Program-made: the position numbers and the translations under genes
Shown: one piece after another, positions 1 to 7,916 of the stretch
Position numbering within the stretch: position 1 is the first letter of the stretch
Layout of the letters: each line of letters begins with the position of its first letter
The notes under the pieces: generated by a model
What the model was told of the DNA's origin: nothing
Database searches by the model: none
What the model saw: only the letters and a program-made list of their open reading frames with translations
From: Nanobdellota archaeon
Lineage (GTDB): Archaea; Nanobdellota; Nanobdellia; Nanobdellales; Nanobdellaceae
Direction of reading: 5' to 3'
Assembly: GCA_042850255.1 (NCBI GenBank)
Contig: AP031373.1
Location: 60,001 to 92,000, forward strand
Length of the DNA: 32,000 nucleotides

Positions 1-11
1 ATGAAGAAGAA

Positions 12-353
12 CTAGAATAAAAATAAATAGAAATAAATAGAATAACTAGAATTATAAATATTAACATTAGAAAAAGAATTATTATTTATATAAGAATACG
101 AATAAATGGAATATTCGGAAGATCCGCTATTTGCAGAGGTGGAAGAAGAAGAACTAGAATAAAAATAAATAGCATAATTTGAATTATAGATATTAACATT
201 AGAAAATAAGTTGTTATTAATATAAGAATCCGAATAGGCGCTATTTGCAGAGGTGGAAGAAGAAGAACTAGAATAAAAATAAATAGCATAATTTGAATTA
301 TAGATATTAACATTAGAAAATAAGTTGTTATTAATATAAGAATCCGAATAGGC
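12..353. repeat. 114-bp (38-codon) tandem repeat array inside the beta-helix gene: identical copies at 126-239 and 240-353 plus a diverged copy at 12-125
   Basis: Direct comparison: 126-239 and 240-353 are identical base for base (gctatttgcagaggtggaagaagaagaactagaataaaaataaatagcataattt...cgaataggc). 12-125 is recognisably the same unit with substitutions and indels. Confidence 0.9.
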
Positions 354-743
354 AGCAAAGTTAGAAGAAGCTGAGAAGGCGAAAGAAGAATAGAAATAAA
401 TAGAATAACCTACATTCAATATATTCAAATTATTTATAGATACATTTTCTATATTTGCACTTTTCGAATTATAATATATTGCATAACTATTTGTACTTTC
501 TCCGGGACCAATTATCCAATATCCATTCCCATTAATTATTACATTATTTGTTGTTATATTTATACAATAATATATACCTAGATTAGAATTATAAACAAAA
601 TTTGTTAAATTATTTGTTAAATAATAAACACCTGGTTGGGATATTGTAACACCACAGGAAGATATGGGAGTTTGGGAATAAATATTATGATTAAATAAAA
701 ATCCAAATATCAATAATGGTATGATATATATAAATTTCTTCAT
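12..743 (-). CDS. Secreted parallel beta-helix (PbH1-like) repeat surface protein, Ser/Asn/Tyr-rich; 3' end apparently frameshift-truncated
   Basis: From ORF 12..797. The likely start is M19 (ATG 741-743), which gives a signal-peptide-like MKKFIYIIPLLIFGFLF and has a TATA-like box 27 nt upstream. CGVTISQPGVYYLTNNL and NVIINGNGYWIIGPG resemble the first rungs of archaeal beta-helix surface proteins. The C-terminal half is 38-aa repeats of the form N-x-I-Y-N-S-x-Y-x-I-Y-F-Y plus a Ser tract. Confidence 0.6.
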   Translation of the reverse strand: MKKFIYIIPLLIFGFLFNHNIYSQTPISSCGVTISQPGVYYLTNNLTNFVYNSNLGIYYCINITTNNVIINGNGYWIIGPGESTNSYAIYYNSKSANIENVSINNLNILNVGYSIYFYSSFAFSASSNFAAYSDSYINNNLFSNVNIYNSNYAIYFYSSSSSSTSANSAYSDSYINNNLFSNVNIYNSNYAIYFYSSSSSSTSANSGSSEYSIYSYSYINNNSFSNVNIYNSSYSIYFYLFLF

Positions 744-765
744 AAATATAATAAAATATTTAGAA

Positions 766-773
766 TTTATAAA
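766..773 (-). promoter_or_regulatory. TATA-box-like TTTATAAA about 27 nt upstream of the ATG at 743 (leaderless-type spacing)
   Basis: The palindromic TTTATAAA matches the archaeal TATA consensus TTTAWATA. Its spacing to ATG 743 matches that seen at several other genes in this window. Such motifs occur by chance in AT-rich DNA, so confidence is moderate only. Confidence 0.4.
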
Positions 774-864
774 TATTCTGGATTTATGAAAGACCACATA
801 TTCCTATATAAATTATTTAAAATATGTTTCGTTTATTTCCTTCCTTTTATCAATATAACATAAC

Positions 865-947
865 TGCGGCGGAGGGGATTCGAACCCCTGGCGGATCTCT
901 CCAATCGGACCTCAACCGACCCCCTTTGGCCACTCGGGCACCGCCGC
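865..947 (-). tRNA. tRNA-Leu (anticodon GAG), class II with long variable arm, no encoded CCA
   Basis: The reverse complement reads GCGGCGG TG CCCGAGTGGCCAAAGGG G GTCGG TTGAGGT CCGAT TGGAGAGATCCGCC AGGGG TTCGAAT CCCCT CCGCCGC A. It has a 7-bp acceptor stem, GAG at positions 34-36 of a 7-nt anticodon loop, a 14-nt variable region, a GTTCGAAT T-loop and discriminator A. It is a GC-rich island in AT-rich sequence. Confidence 0.92.
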
Positions 948-1052
948 ATTATTATTTTATATCTAAAATAATTAAAATTTGTTATTTATATTATGAAATA
1001 GTAATAAAAGATATTATTTAATCTTATCAAGAAAGGAAAAGTAAAGATTATT

Positions 1053-2408
1053 ATGGAAACTGATGTAATTATAATTGGAGCAGGAGGTGGTGGATATCCT
1101 GGTGCATTTAGATTGACTAAAAATGGATATAGAGCAACTATGATAGATCAAAAAGGAGAATTGGGAGGGAATTGTTTATATTCTGGATGTATACCTTCAA
1201 AAACTATTAGAGAATTAGCACAAATTATATATAGAAATAAAAAATTATTTAATAAAGATTTAAATATAGATTTTTCTTTTATTCAAGATCATAAAGACAG
1301 AGTTCAAGAAATTAGATATAAACAACATAGAGAAGAATTAAAAGAATATGAAGAAAATCTAGAATTAATAAAGGGTAAAGCGAAATTATTAGATAATAAA
1401 ACTGTAGAGGTATATACTGAAGATAAAAAAGTAGAAATAAAAGGAAAATATATTATAATAGCTACTGGTAGTGAACCTGTAAAGATTGATTTTCCAGGAT
1501 CCGAATATACAATTACTAGTGATGATCTATATGGGTATAAAACTAAATTAAGAAAATTACCAAATGATATTACTATAATAGGAGGTGGATATATAGCAAT
1601 TGAAACTGCAAATATTTTAAAAAATCTAGGATATAATGTAAGAATATTAGTTAGAGGGAATAGAGTATTAAAAAATTTTGAAGACGAAATTGTAAATACG
1701 TTATTACCAATAATAAATCTAAATATAATATATAATGCACAAGTTTTAAGAATAAATAAAAAAGGAGAAGATGAATATGAAGTAATATATAGTAAAAATG
1801 GAGAGATAAAAAGCTTTACTACTGGTTTAGTAATGCTAGCTATTGGGAGAAAACCAGTTTTGCCAATTGGGGCTAAGAAAATATTAAATATAGATAAAAA
1901 TGGTTATATAATTGTAGATAATCATATGAGAACAAATATAAACAATATATTTGCTACGGGAGATGTAAATGGAAAAGCTCCATATTTTCATACAGCGGTA
2001 AGAATGTCAATAGCTGCTGCTAATAATATAATGAAGAAAAATGATTACATAGAATATAAAAATATACCTGTTACATTGTTTACTACTCCTCCAGCATCAT
2101 ATGTAGGTATATTACCTTCTGAAGCTAAGAAAAATAATATAGAATATATAGAAGCTAGTTATGATATGGAAAAAGATGCTATGGGTCAAATGTATGATGA
2201 AACGAATGGAAAATTAAAGTTATATTTTGAAAAGAATACATTAAGATTAATAGGAGCATGGATGGTTGGTATAAATGCTGAATTTTTAATTAATGAATTG
2301 GGACAAGCAGTAGCAAATAATCTAACTGCAAAAGATTTAGCAAATTTTGCAGAAGAACATCCAACAACCAGTGAATTAATATCTTATACAGCTAGAAAAG
2401 TTATTTAA
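1053..2408 (+). CDS. Class I FAD-dependent pyridine nucleotide-disulfide oxidoreductase (dihydrolipoyl dehydrogenase-like)
   Basis: N-terminal FAD fold IIIGAGGGG. Redox-active disulfide motif GGNCLYSGCIPSK (CxxxxC). Second dinucleotide fold IIGGGYIAIE. ATGDV motif. C-terminal dimerisation His-Glu motif EEHPTTSE. Confidence 0.8.
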   Translation: METDVIIIGAGGGGYPGAFRLTKNGYRATMIDQKGELGGNCLYSGCIPSKTIRELAQIIYRNKKLFNKDLNIDFSFIQDHKDRVQEIRYKQHREELKEYEENLELIKGKAKLLDNKTVEVYTEDKKVEIKGKYIIIATGSEPVKIDFPGSEYTITSDDLYGYKTKLRKLPNDITIIGGGYIAIETANILKNLGYNVRILVRGNRVLKNFEDEIVNTLLPIINLNIIYNAQVLRINKKGEDEYEVIYSKNGEIKSFTTGLVMLAIGRKPVLPIGAKKILNIDKNGYIIVDNHMRTNINNIFATGDVNGKAPYFHTAVRMSIAAANNIMKKNDYIEYKNIPVTLFTTPPASYVGILPSEAKKNNIEYIEASYDMEKDAMGQMYDETNGKLKLYFEKNTLRLIGAWMVGINAEFLINELGQAVANNLTAKDLANFAEEHPTTSELISYTARKVI

Positions 2409-2874
2409 CATCATTTTTTAATTTTAATTTATATATTTTCTTTCCCCCTATTTTCATCCTTAATAAAAAGTATAAATTAATAGCAAATAATATATCGCTA
2501 ACAATTAATAATATAACACCCATTTCAAATATATCTAAACTAAATATTGGGGCAACTGTTGCCAATATTATTGCAAAAGATCCTGTAGAACATGCAACCA
2601 AACAACCTTGCAATCCTGCAAATCCGAATAACGCAGATATAAAAGATAACAAATTATTTTTGTAGAATTTTCTATACTTTATTATAATGTAAAATATTAA
2701 AGAGAAATTTAAAGAGAATAAAATAACAAATATATATGTTAAAATTTGAATATACAAAAATTCTATTAATAATCCTAATAATATAGATTTAATATATAAA
2801 TATCCAATTATTGCAAAAATTATTAATAGAATTATTCCGATTTTACTTTTTATCATTTCTTTTAATATATTCAT
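2401..2874 (-). CDS. Polytopic small membrane protein with intramembrane CxxxC (GLQGCLVACSTG); function unknown
   Basis: 157-aa ORF with four or five hydrophobic helices and a basic C-terminal tail. I recognise no family. Its 3' end overlaps the convergent oxidoreductase gene by 8 nt. Confidence 0.5.
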   Translation of the reverse strand: MNILKEMIKSKIGIILLIIFAIIGYLYIKSILLGLLIEFLYIQILTYIFVILFSLNFSLIFYIIIKYRKFYKNNLLSFISALFGFAGLQGCLVACSTGSFAIILATVAPIFSLDIFEMGVILLIVSDILFAINLYFLLRMKIGGKKIYKLKLKNDVK

Positions 2875-2899
2875 TATACCTATTCTATACCTTAAAACA

Positions 2900-2907
2900 T
2901 TTATAAG
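2900..2907 (+). promoter_or_regulatory. TATA-box-like TTTATAAG about 27 nt upstream of ATG 2930 (cysS)
   Basis: Motif and spacing match the other leaderless-type promoters in this window. This supports ATG 2930 as the intended cysS start. Confidence 0.45.
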
Positions 2908-2929
2908 TTTATTTTTTCATTTATTAAAA

Positions 2930-4373
2930 ATGGAAACAAACTCTCGGTGCAATTTATATATATAATACATTAACAAAGGAAAAGGAAGTATTTGAACCTG
3001 TAGAATATCCTTTTGTAAAGATATATCATTGTGGTATAACCCCTTATGACTTTTCTCATATTGGTCATCTAAGATCAGAAATATCTTTAGATATAATAAG
3101 GAGAATATTTAGATTCTTTGGATACATTGATATAGTAATTAGCAATTTTACAGATATTGATGATAAAATAATAAAAAGGGCAAAAGAATTAAATTTATTA
3201 GATAATTGGCATTCAATACCAGAACAGTATATTAAGTATCATCTGGAGCAAGTAAAAAGAATAAAAAATTTGCCATTCTATGTAAATCCATTAGTTACAG
3301 AACATATAAATGATATAGTATTATTTATAAAAGATTTAATAAATAAAGGATATGCATATAAAGGAAAATATAGTATTTATTTTGATGTAGATAAATATAA
3401 CTATTATGGACAATTGTCTGGAACAAAAAAAGAACAATGGAATCAAGAAACAGAATTACTAGAAGATAAAAAGCATTCTTATGATTTTGCCTTATGGAAA
3501 TTTAGAAAAGAAGGAGAACCATATTGGAATACAGAAATAGGAGAAGGAAGACCAGGATGGCACATAGAATGTTCTACTATGTCTTCAAGATATTTAGGAG
3601 TACCATTTGATATTCATTCCGGAGCTCAAGATTTAATATTCCCACATCATGAAAATGAAATTGCACAATCAGAATCTAGATTTAATGTACATCCTTGGGT
3701 AAAATATTGGTTACACTTTGGATTTTTGAAAATAAAAGGAGAAAAAATGTCAAAGTCATTAGGGAATATTATACCTGCAAAAGAATTTTTAGATAAATAT
3801 GGAGAAGATGTAACAAGATTTTATATAGAATCTTATCATTATAGAGAACCAATTGATGTAAATGAAGAAAGTATAAATCAAGCTAAAGAAAATTATAAAT
3901 ATATAACATCTACAATTAAGACAATAGTAAATGAAATAGGATCATTAAATAGAACATTCTATTTAGATGATAATAAGCAAAAGATATGGAGAGAATTATT
4001 GAATTATGAGAAAGAATTTATAGATAGTTTAAGGGATGATTTTGATACTGGAAAGGCTACCAAAATATTATTGGAAGCTACAAATTATATAAATAAAAAT
4101 GTAATTGGATCTGAAACATTTACCTTATATTATACATCTTATGAATTCTATAATATTGCTAGTAAAATATATGGATTATGGGAAGATATATTTTATGGAA
4201 AAGAAAAAGATAATACTATGATAAATAACCTAATAGATATAATAATAGAAATTAGAAAAGAATTAAGAAAGCAAAAAAATTATGAATTATCAGATAAGAT
4301 AAGAAATATGATGAGGAATATTGGTATAGATCTTTTAGATAGAGGAGATGAAACTATATATAGATTTATATAA
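2930..4373 (+). CDS. cysS: Cysteinyl-tRNA synthetase; reading frame open from 2928 but the ATG at 2930 is in another frame (frameshift at (TA)5 2955-2964, or non-canonical start)
   Basis: The frame containing 2952..4373 translates IYIYNTLTKEKEVFEP...YHCGITPYDFSHIGHLRS (HIGH at 3057-3068). It continues without a stop into track ORF 3270..4373, which has WHIECS and KMSKS (GEKMSKSLGN). The total of about 480 codons is normal CysRS size. The track ORF starts at an internal TTG only because no ATG/GTG/TTG lies upstream in this frame. Confidence 0.9.
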
Positions 4374-4485
4374 ATTTTTATCTCAATATTTTATATGACT
4401 TGCAAAAGAGGTAAAAGAAAAAGTAAAAATAACTAGTATTATTATAATCTAATAATTTTTTAATCTTTTTATTAATTTTTTAGAA

Positions 4486-5685
4486 ATGGAAAATATAATT
4501 TACCCAGATTTATCAATAATAATATTAGGACATGTTGATCATGGAAAGACTACATTAGCAAAAGCATTAACTGGTAAATGGCTATCAAAACATTCTGAAG
4601 AAATAAAGAGAGGATTAACAATAAAATTAGGATATGCAGACTTTACAATATATAAATGCGAAGAACATGGGTATTTTACTGAAAAAATCTGTCCTATATG
4701 TAATAAAGAAAATAAACCTATTAGGAAAATATCAATAGTAGATGCGCCAGGACATGAAAGTTTACTTATGATAATGTTAACTGGTGCTGCAATTGTAGAT
4801 GCTGCAATATTAGTTATTGCTGCAAATGAACCTGTACCACAACCACAAACATTGGAACATCTAGTAGCATTTAAATATTTGGGGAATAAACCACTAATAA
4901 TTGTACAAAATAAGATTGATTTAGTATCAAAGGAAGAAGCAATGGAAAATTATAAGCAAATATTAAAACTATTGGATAAATTGAATATTGATAAAAATAA
5001 AGTAAAAATAATACCTATTTCCGCAATAAATAACATAAATATAAAATATCTATTAGAAGAACTTGTAGATATACCAAAACCTGAAAAAGATATAAATTCT
5101 GATCCTATATTTTTAATATCAAGATCTTTTGATGTAAATAAGCCTGGAACTGATATAGAAAAATTGGTAGGAGGAATTCTTGGAGGAAGTTTATTAAAAG
5201 GAAAAATAAAGGTTGGCGATATAATTGAAATAAGACCTGGATTATTTTTAAATAATAAATGGATTCCTATAAAAACAAAAGTTGTATCGTTAAGACAAGG
5301 TGATATGGATGTAGAAGAAATATTACCAAGAGGTACTGCAGGAATTGGTACTGAATTAGATCCTTTTGTAACAAAGGAAGATACATTAGCTGGTCAAATT
5401 GCTGGATATGAAAATAAACTACCCCCTCAATATAATGAAATAAAGGTAGAGTATGAAATAATAAAAGAATTATTCAATGAAAATGAGAAAATACAAAAGG
5501 GAGAAGAAATAATGGTTGGTATATATAATATAATATCTGATGGAATTGTTAAAAATGTTGAAAAAAATAATGTAATAGATATAAAATTAAATAAACCAGT
5601 ACTAGGATACAAAAATGATAAAGTAATAATTTTAAGAAAAATAAACAAAAGATGGAAAATATTTGCAATTGGTAATTTATTATGA
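4486..5685 (+). CDS. eif2g: Translation initiation factor aIF2 gamma subunit
   Basis: GTPase motifs GHVDHGKTTL (G1), DAPGHE (G3) and NKIDL (G4). Zinc-knuckle insert CEEH...CPIC. EF-Tu-like domains II/III. 399 aa. Confidence 0.93.
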   Translation: MENIIYPDLSIIILGHVDHGKTTLAKALTGKWLSKHSEEIKRGLTIKLGYADFTIYKCEEHGYFTEKICPICNKENKPIRKISIVDAPGHESLLMIMLTGAAIVDAAILVIAANEPVPQPQTLEHLVAFKYLGNKPLIIVQNKIDLVSKEEAMENYKQILKLLDKLNIDKNKVKIIPISAINNINIKYLLEELVDIPKPEKDINSDPIFLISRSFDVNKPGTDIEKLVGGILGGSLLKGKIKVGDIIEIRPGLFLNNKWIPIKTKVVSLRQGDMDVEEILPRGTAGIGTELDPFVTKEDTLAGQIAGYENKLPPQYNEIKVEYEIIKELFNENEKIQKGEEIMVGIYNIISDGIVKNVEKNNVIDIKLNKPVLGYKNDKVIILRKINKRWKIFAIGNLL

Positions 5686-6089
5686 AATATAAAATATTGA
5701 TAGATTCAAATATGTTTTTCTTGCCATTTTATGAAAATTTTGACATAATAAATGAATTAAGAGAATTCTTAGAAAAAAATAATATACAATATGAAGGATT
5801 CTTTACATTAAGGAAAAATATAATTGAAATAGAAAATAAAATAAATACTGCAAAATCTGAAAAATGGAAAAGAACATATAATATGGTTTTAGAATATATA
5901 AAGAAAAATAATATTAATATTATAGACACTGGAAAAAATTGGGAAAAAACAGATAGATTAATTGTAGAAACCTCTTTATCTGATAAATTTATTGTTTGTA
6001 CTCAAGATAGAAATCTAAGAATAATATTAAAGAAATTAAAAGTACCTGTAATTTTTTATTCTAATAAATCACTACATATAATATGGTAA
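5682..6089 (+). CDS. PIN-domain endoribonuclease, Fcf1/Utp24-like (COG1412-type)
   Basis: N-terminal KILIDSNMF with an acidic residue and C-terminal VCTQDRNLR...LKVPVI are typical of Fcf1-like PIN proteins. It shows ATGA-type overlap with the aIF2-gamma stop, a conserved archaeal neighbourhood. Confidence 0.65.
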   Translation: MKYKILIDSNMFFLPFYENFDIINELREFLEKNNIQYEGFFTLRKNIIEIENKINTAKSEKWKRTYNMVLEYIKKNNINIIDTGKNWEKTDRLIVETSLSDKFIVCTQDRNLRIILKKLKVPVIFYSNKSLHIIW

Positions 6090-6925
6090 CTAATGCTGGA
6101 CCAGAATTTTATGCTGCAAAAGAAAAATATGAAAATGCTAAAGATCCAGAAGAAAAATTGAAATACTTATATGAGATGCTAAAATATGCCCCAAAACATA
6201 AAGGATCTGAAAACCTGATTGCATGGATACATAAAAAAATATCTGAATATGAAAAATTAATACAAGAAAAGGAAAAGAAAAAAGGTGGAGGGATAAAATT
6301 AATAGAAAAATCTGGAGATTTATTAATTAGTATTATAGGAATAGAAAATTCTGGGAAAAGTTATTTTTTAAGAAAATTTGTTAATCCAAATGTAGAAGTT
6401 AGTGATATACCCTTTTATACAACAGAACCTATAGTAGGTACTATATTTTATAATTGTATATATTATCAATTTGTAGAGATACCAGCTACATTTGAAAGAA
6501 GATTTAGATCAATATTATCATTATCAGATTATTTTATAATATTATTAAAAAGAGAAGGTATAAAAGAACAATTAGAGAGAATAAATCAATTTACAGAAGG
6601 TATAATAGAAATTAGAGAAAAAGAAGGAGAAAAATATAAAATAATATACAATGATTATAATGATTTTAGAGATATAGATTTTTATAATATATTAGAAGAA
6701 ATGATTAAAAAATTAAAATTAATAAGGATAAAACCAGTAGATTCGGATCATTGTGTTTTATTAAACCAAGGTTCTACAGTAAAAGACTTTATAGAAAAAA
6801 TAAATAAGAAATGGTTGGAAAAATTTGTGTATGCAAAAATATATAGAAATAAAAATTTTATAAGAGCAGGTTTAAATTATACCTTAGAAGACAAAGATAT
6901 AATAGAACTAAAATTAAGGTTATAA
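6083..6925 (+). CDS. DRG/Rbg1-family GTPase-like protein with C-terminal TGS domain; G3/G4 motifs degenerate
   Basis: N-terminal helix ...APKHKGSENLIAWIHKKISEYEK, a GGG linker, P-loop GIENSGKS, G2-like IPFYTTEP and a C-terminal TGS-like segment (GSTVKDFIEKI...LEDKDIIEL). DxPG is replaced by EIPA and no NKxD is found. Confidence 0.65.
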   Translation: MVTNAGPEFYAAKEKYENAKDPEEKLKYLYEMLKYAPKHKGSENLIAWIHKKISEYEKLIQEKEKKKGGGIKLIEKSGDLLISIIGIENSGKSYFLRKFVNPNVEVSDIPFYTTEPIVGTIFYNCIYYQFVEIPATFERRFRSILSLSDYFIILLKREGIKEQLERINQFTEGIIEIREKEGEKYKIIYNDYNDFRDIDFYNILEEMIKKLKLIRIKPVDSDHCVLLNQGSTVKDFIEKINKKWLEKFVYAKIYRNKNFIRAGLNYTLEDKDIIELKLRL

Positions 6926-6929
6926 AAAA

Positions 6930-7169
6930 CTAGTCTGCAGCAATTAATGTAATGGTCTTTTCTACAAAATCTAAAGATCTTATTCTATCCAATACAAATT
7001 TCCTTATATCTTCCAATGTTTCTGCTTCTACTTTTATTATAACATCATATTCTCCATAAACAAATTTTCCTTCTAATACTTTAACGTTCTTTTCTTCTTT
7101 CTTTACATTTTCTAATAATATATTTTCTTTTCCAGGTTTTACATTAACCAATATATATGCAGTTATCAT
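6930..7169 (-). CDS. Stand-alone RAM (Lrp/AsnC ligand-binding) domain protein, no HTH
   Basis: The 79-aa MITAYILVNVKPGKE...GEYDVIIKVEAETLEDIRKFVLDRIRSLDFVEKTITLI matches the beta-alpha-beta-beta-alpha-beta RAM-domain pattern. Confidence 0.75.
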   Translation of the reverse strand: MITAYILVNVKPGKENILLENVKKEEKNVKVLEGKFVYGEYDVIIKVEAETLEDIRKFVLDRIRSLDFVEKTITLIAAD

Positions 7170-7420
7170 TTTTCTAATTTTTCTTTTAATTCTTTTATAT
7201 CTTTCCTCATATATTCAACCACTATAGCTATTACTGATAACCATAATACTGATAACCATGTAAATAATGCAGCAATAGTTAATGCAGCATTACCTTCTAA
7301 AGCTAATGGTAATTGTATGCTCTTGAACAATAGTATGTATCCCAATATCATGTTAATAAAAAATCCTACTAATAGTATTATTTCTAATAAATCTGGTACT
7401 TTGTAGTCAAATGAGACCAT
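7166..7420 (-). CDS. Small two-TM membrane protein with charged C-terminal helix; unknown function
   Basis: 84-aa ORF with two hydrophobic helices. Its stop overlaps the start of the RAM-domain gene (ATGA at 7166-7169). Confidence 0.45.
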   Translation of the reverse strand: MVSFDYKVPDLLEIILLVGFFINMILGYILLFKSIQLPLALEGNAALTIAALFTWLSVLWLSVIAIVVEYMRKDIKELKEKLEK

Positions 7421-7457
7421 TATTTATATTTTTAAAAAAGATTTATATATATTATTA

Positions 7458-7916
7458 ATGATACCTTTAGATAATAAAAGAAAAAAAGAATTAATAGAAA
7501 AATTAAAAAATAGTTATAAAATAGAATGCGATGAGTTAAAAAAAGAAAATATATTCTTTGATGAAAAGAATAATATATATATTTATAACAAAATACCTAT
7601 AGCATTTATAAAAGATAATGAAATATATCCTACTATATTTTTGATAAATCAATGTGGAACTGATATGAATTATATAAAAGTAAATTCCGGAGCAAAAGAA
7701 AAAATATTGAATGGTGCAGATGTGTTTAGACCTGGAATAATAGAATTTTCTAATTTTAGAAAAGGAGAAATAATATTAATAATTTCTGAAGATAATAAAT
7801 TATTAGGAATAGGTAAGGCTTTATATGATTCTGAAGAAGCTAAAAATATGGAAAAAGGTAAAATGGTAGAAAATATACACTATTTTGGGGATAAGATAAC
7901 TAAATACTTATCTTAA
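7458..7916 (+). CDS. PUA-domain RNA-binding protein (Tma20/MCT-1-like, COG2016-type)
   Basis: The C-terminal half, VNSGAKEKILNGADVFRPGIIEF...GEIILIISEDNKLLGIGKALYDSEE...KGKMVENIHYFGDKI, is a typical PUA-domain signature. Confidence 0.7.
   Translation: MIPLDNKRKKELIEKLKNSYKIECDELKKENIFFDEKNNIYIYNKIPIAFIKDNEIYPTIFLINQCGTDMNYIKVNSGAKEKILNGADVFRPGIIEFSNFRKGEIILIISEDNKLLGIGKALYDSEEAKNMEKGKMVENIHYFGDKITKYLS

Noticed and set aside
12-353. Tandem repeats as a CRISPR-like or satellite array
   Set aside because: The units are contiguous with no unique spacers. They are 114 bp long, in frame and clearly coding (38-aa beta-helix-type repeats). No cas genes are present, and no CRISPR array is seen anywhere in the window.
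824-1021. 65-aa plus-strand ORF
   Set aside because: It runs antisense straight through the tRNA-Leu gene (865-947). Its Gly/Pro/Arg-rich middle is simply the translated GC-rich tRNA, and it has no coding support.
1053-2408. Mercuric reductase (MerA) identity for the flavoprotein, with the neighbouring Cys-containing membrane protein as a Mer transporter
   Set aside because: The C-terminus lacks the vicinal Cys pair characteristic of MerA and there is no NmerA/HMA domain. The membrane protein lacks MerT/MerC-type motifs that I can recognise.
5682-6089. PIN-domain gene as a VapC toxin of a toxin-antitoxin pair
   Set aside because: There is no small antitoxin ORF upstream. It overlaps the aIF2-gamma stop in a neighbourhood conserved for Fcf1/Utp24-like rRNA-processing PIN proteins, so a housekeeping role is more likely.
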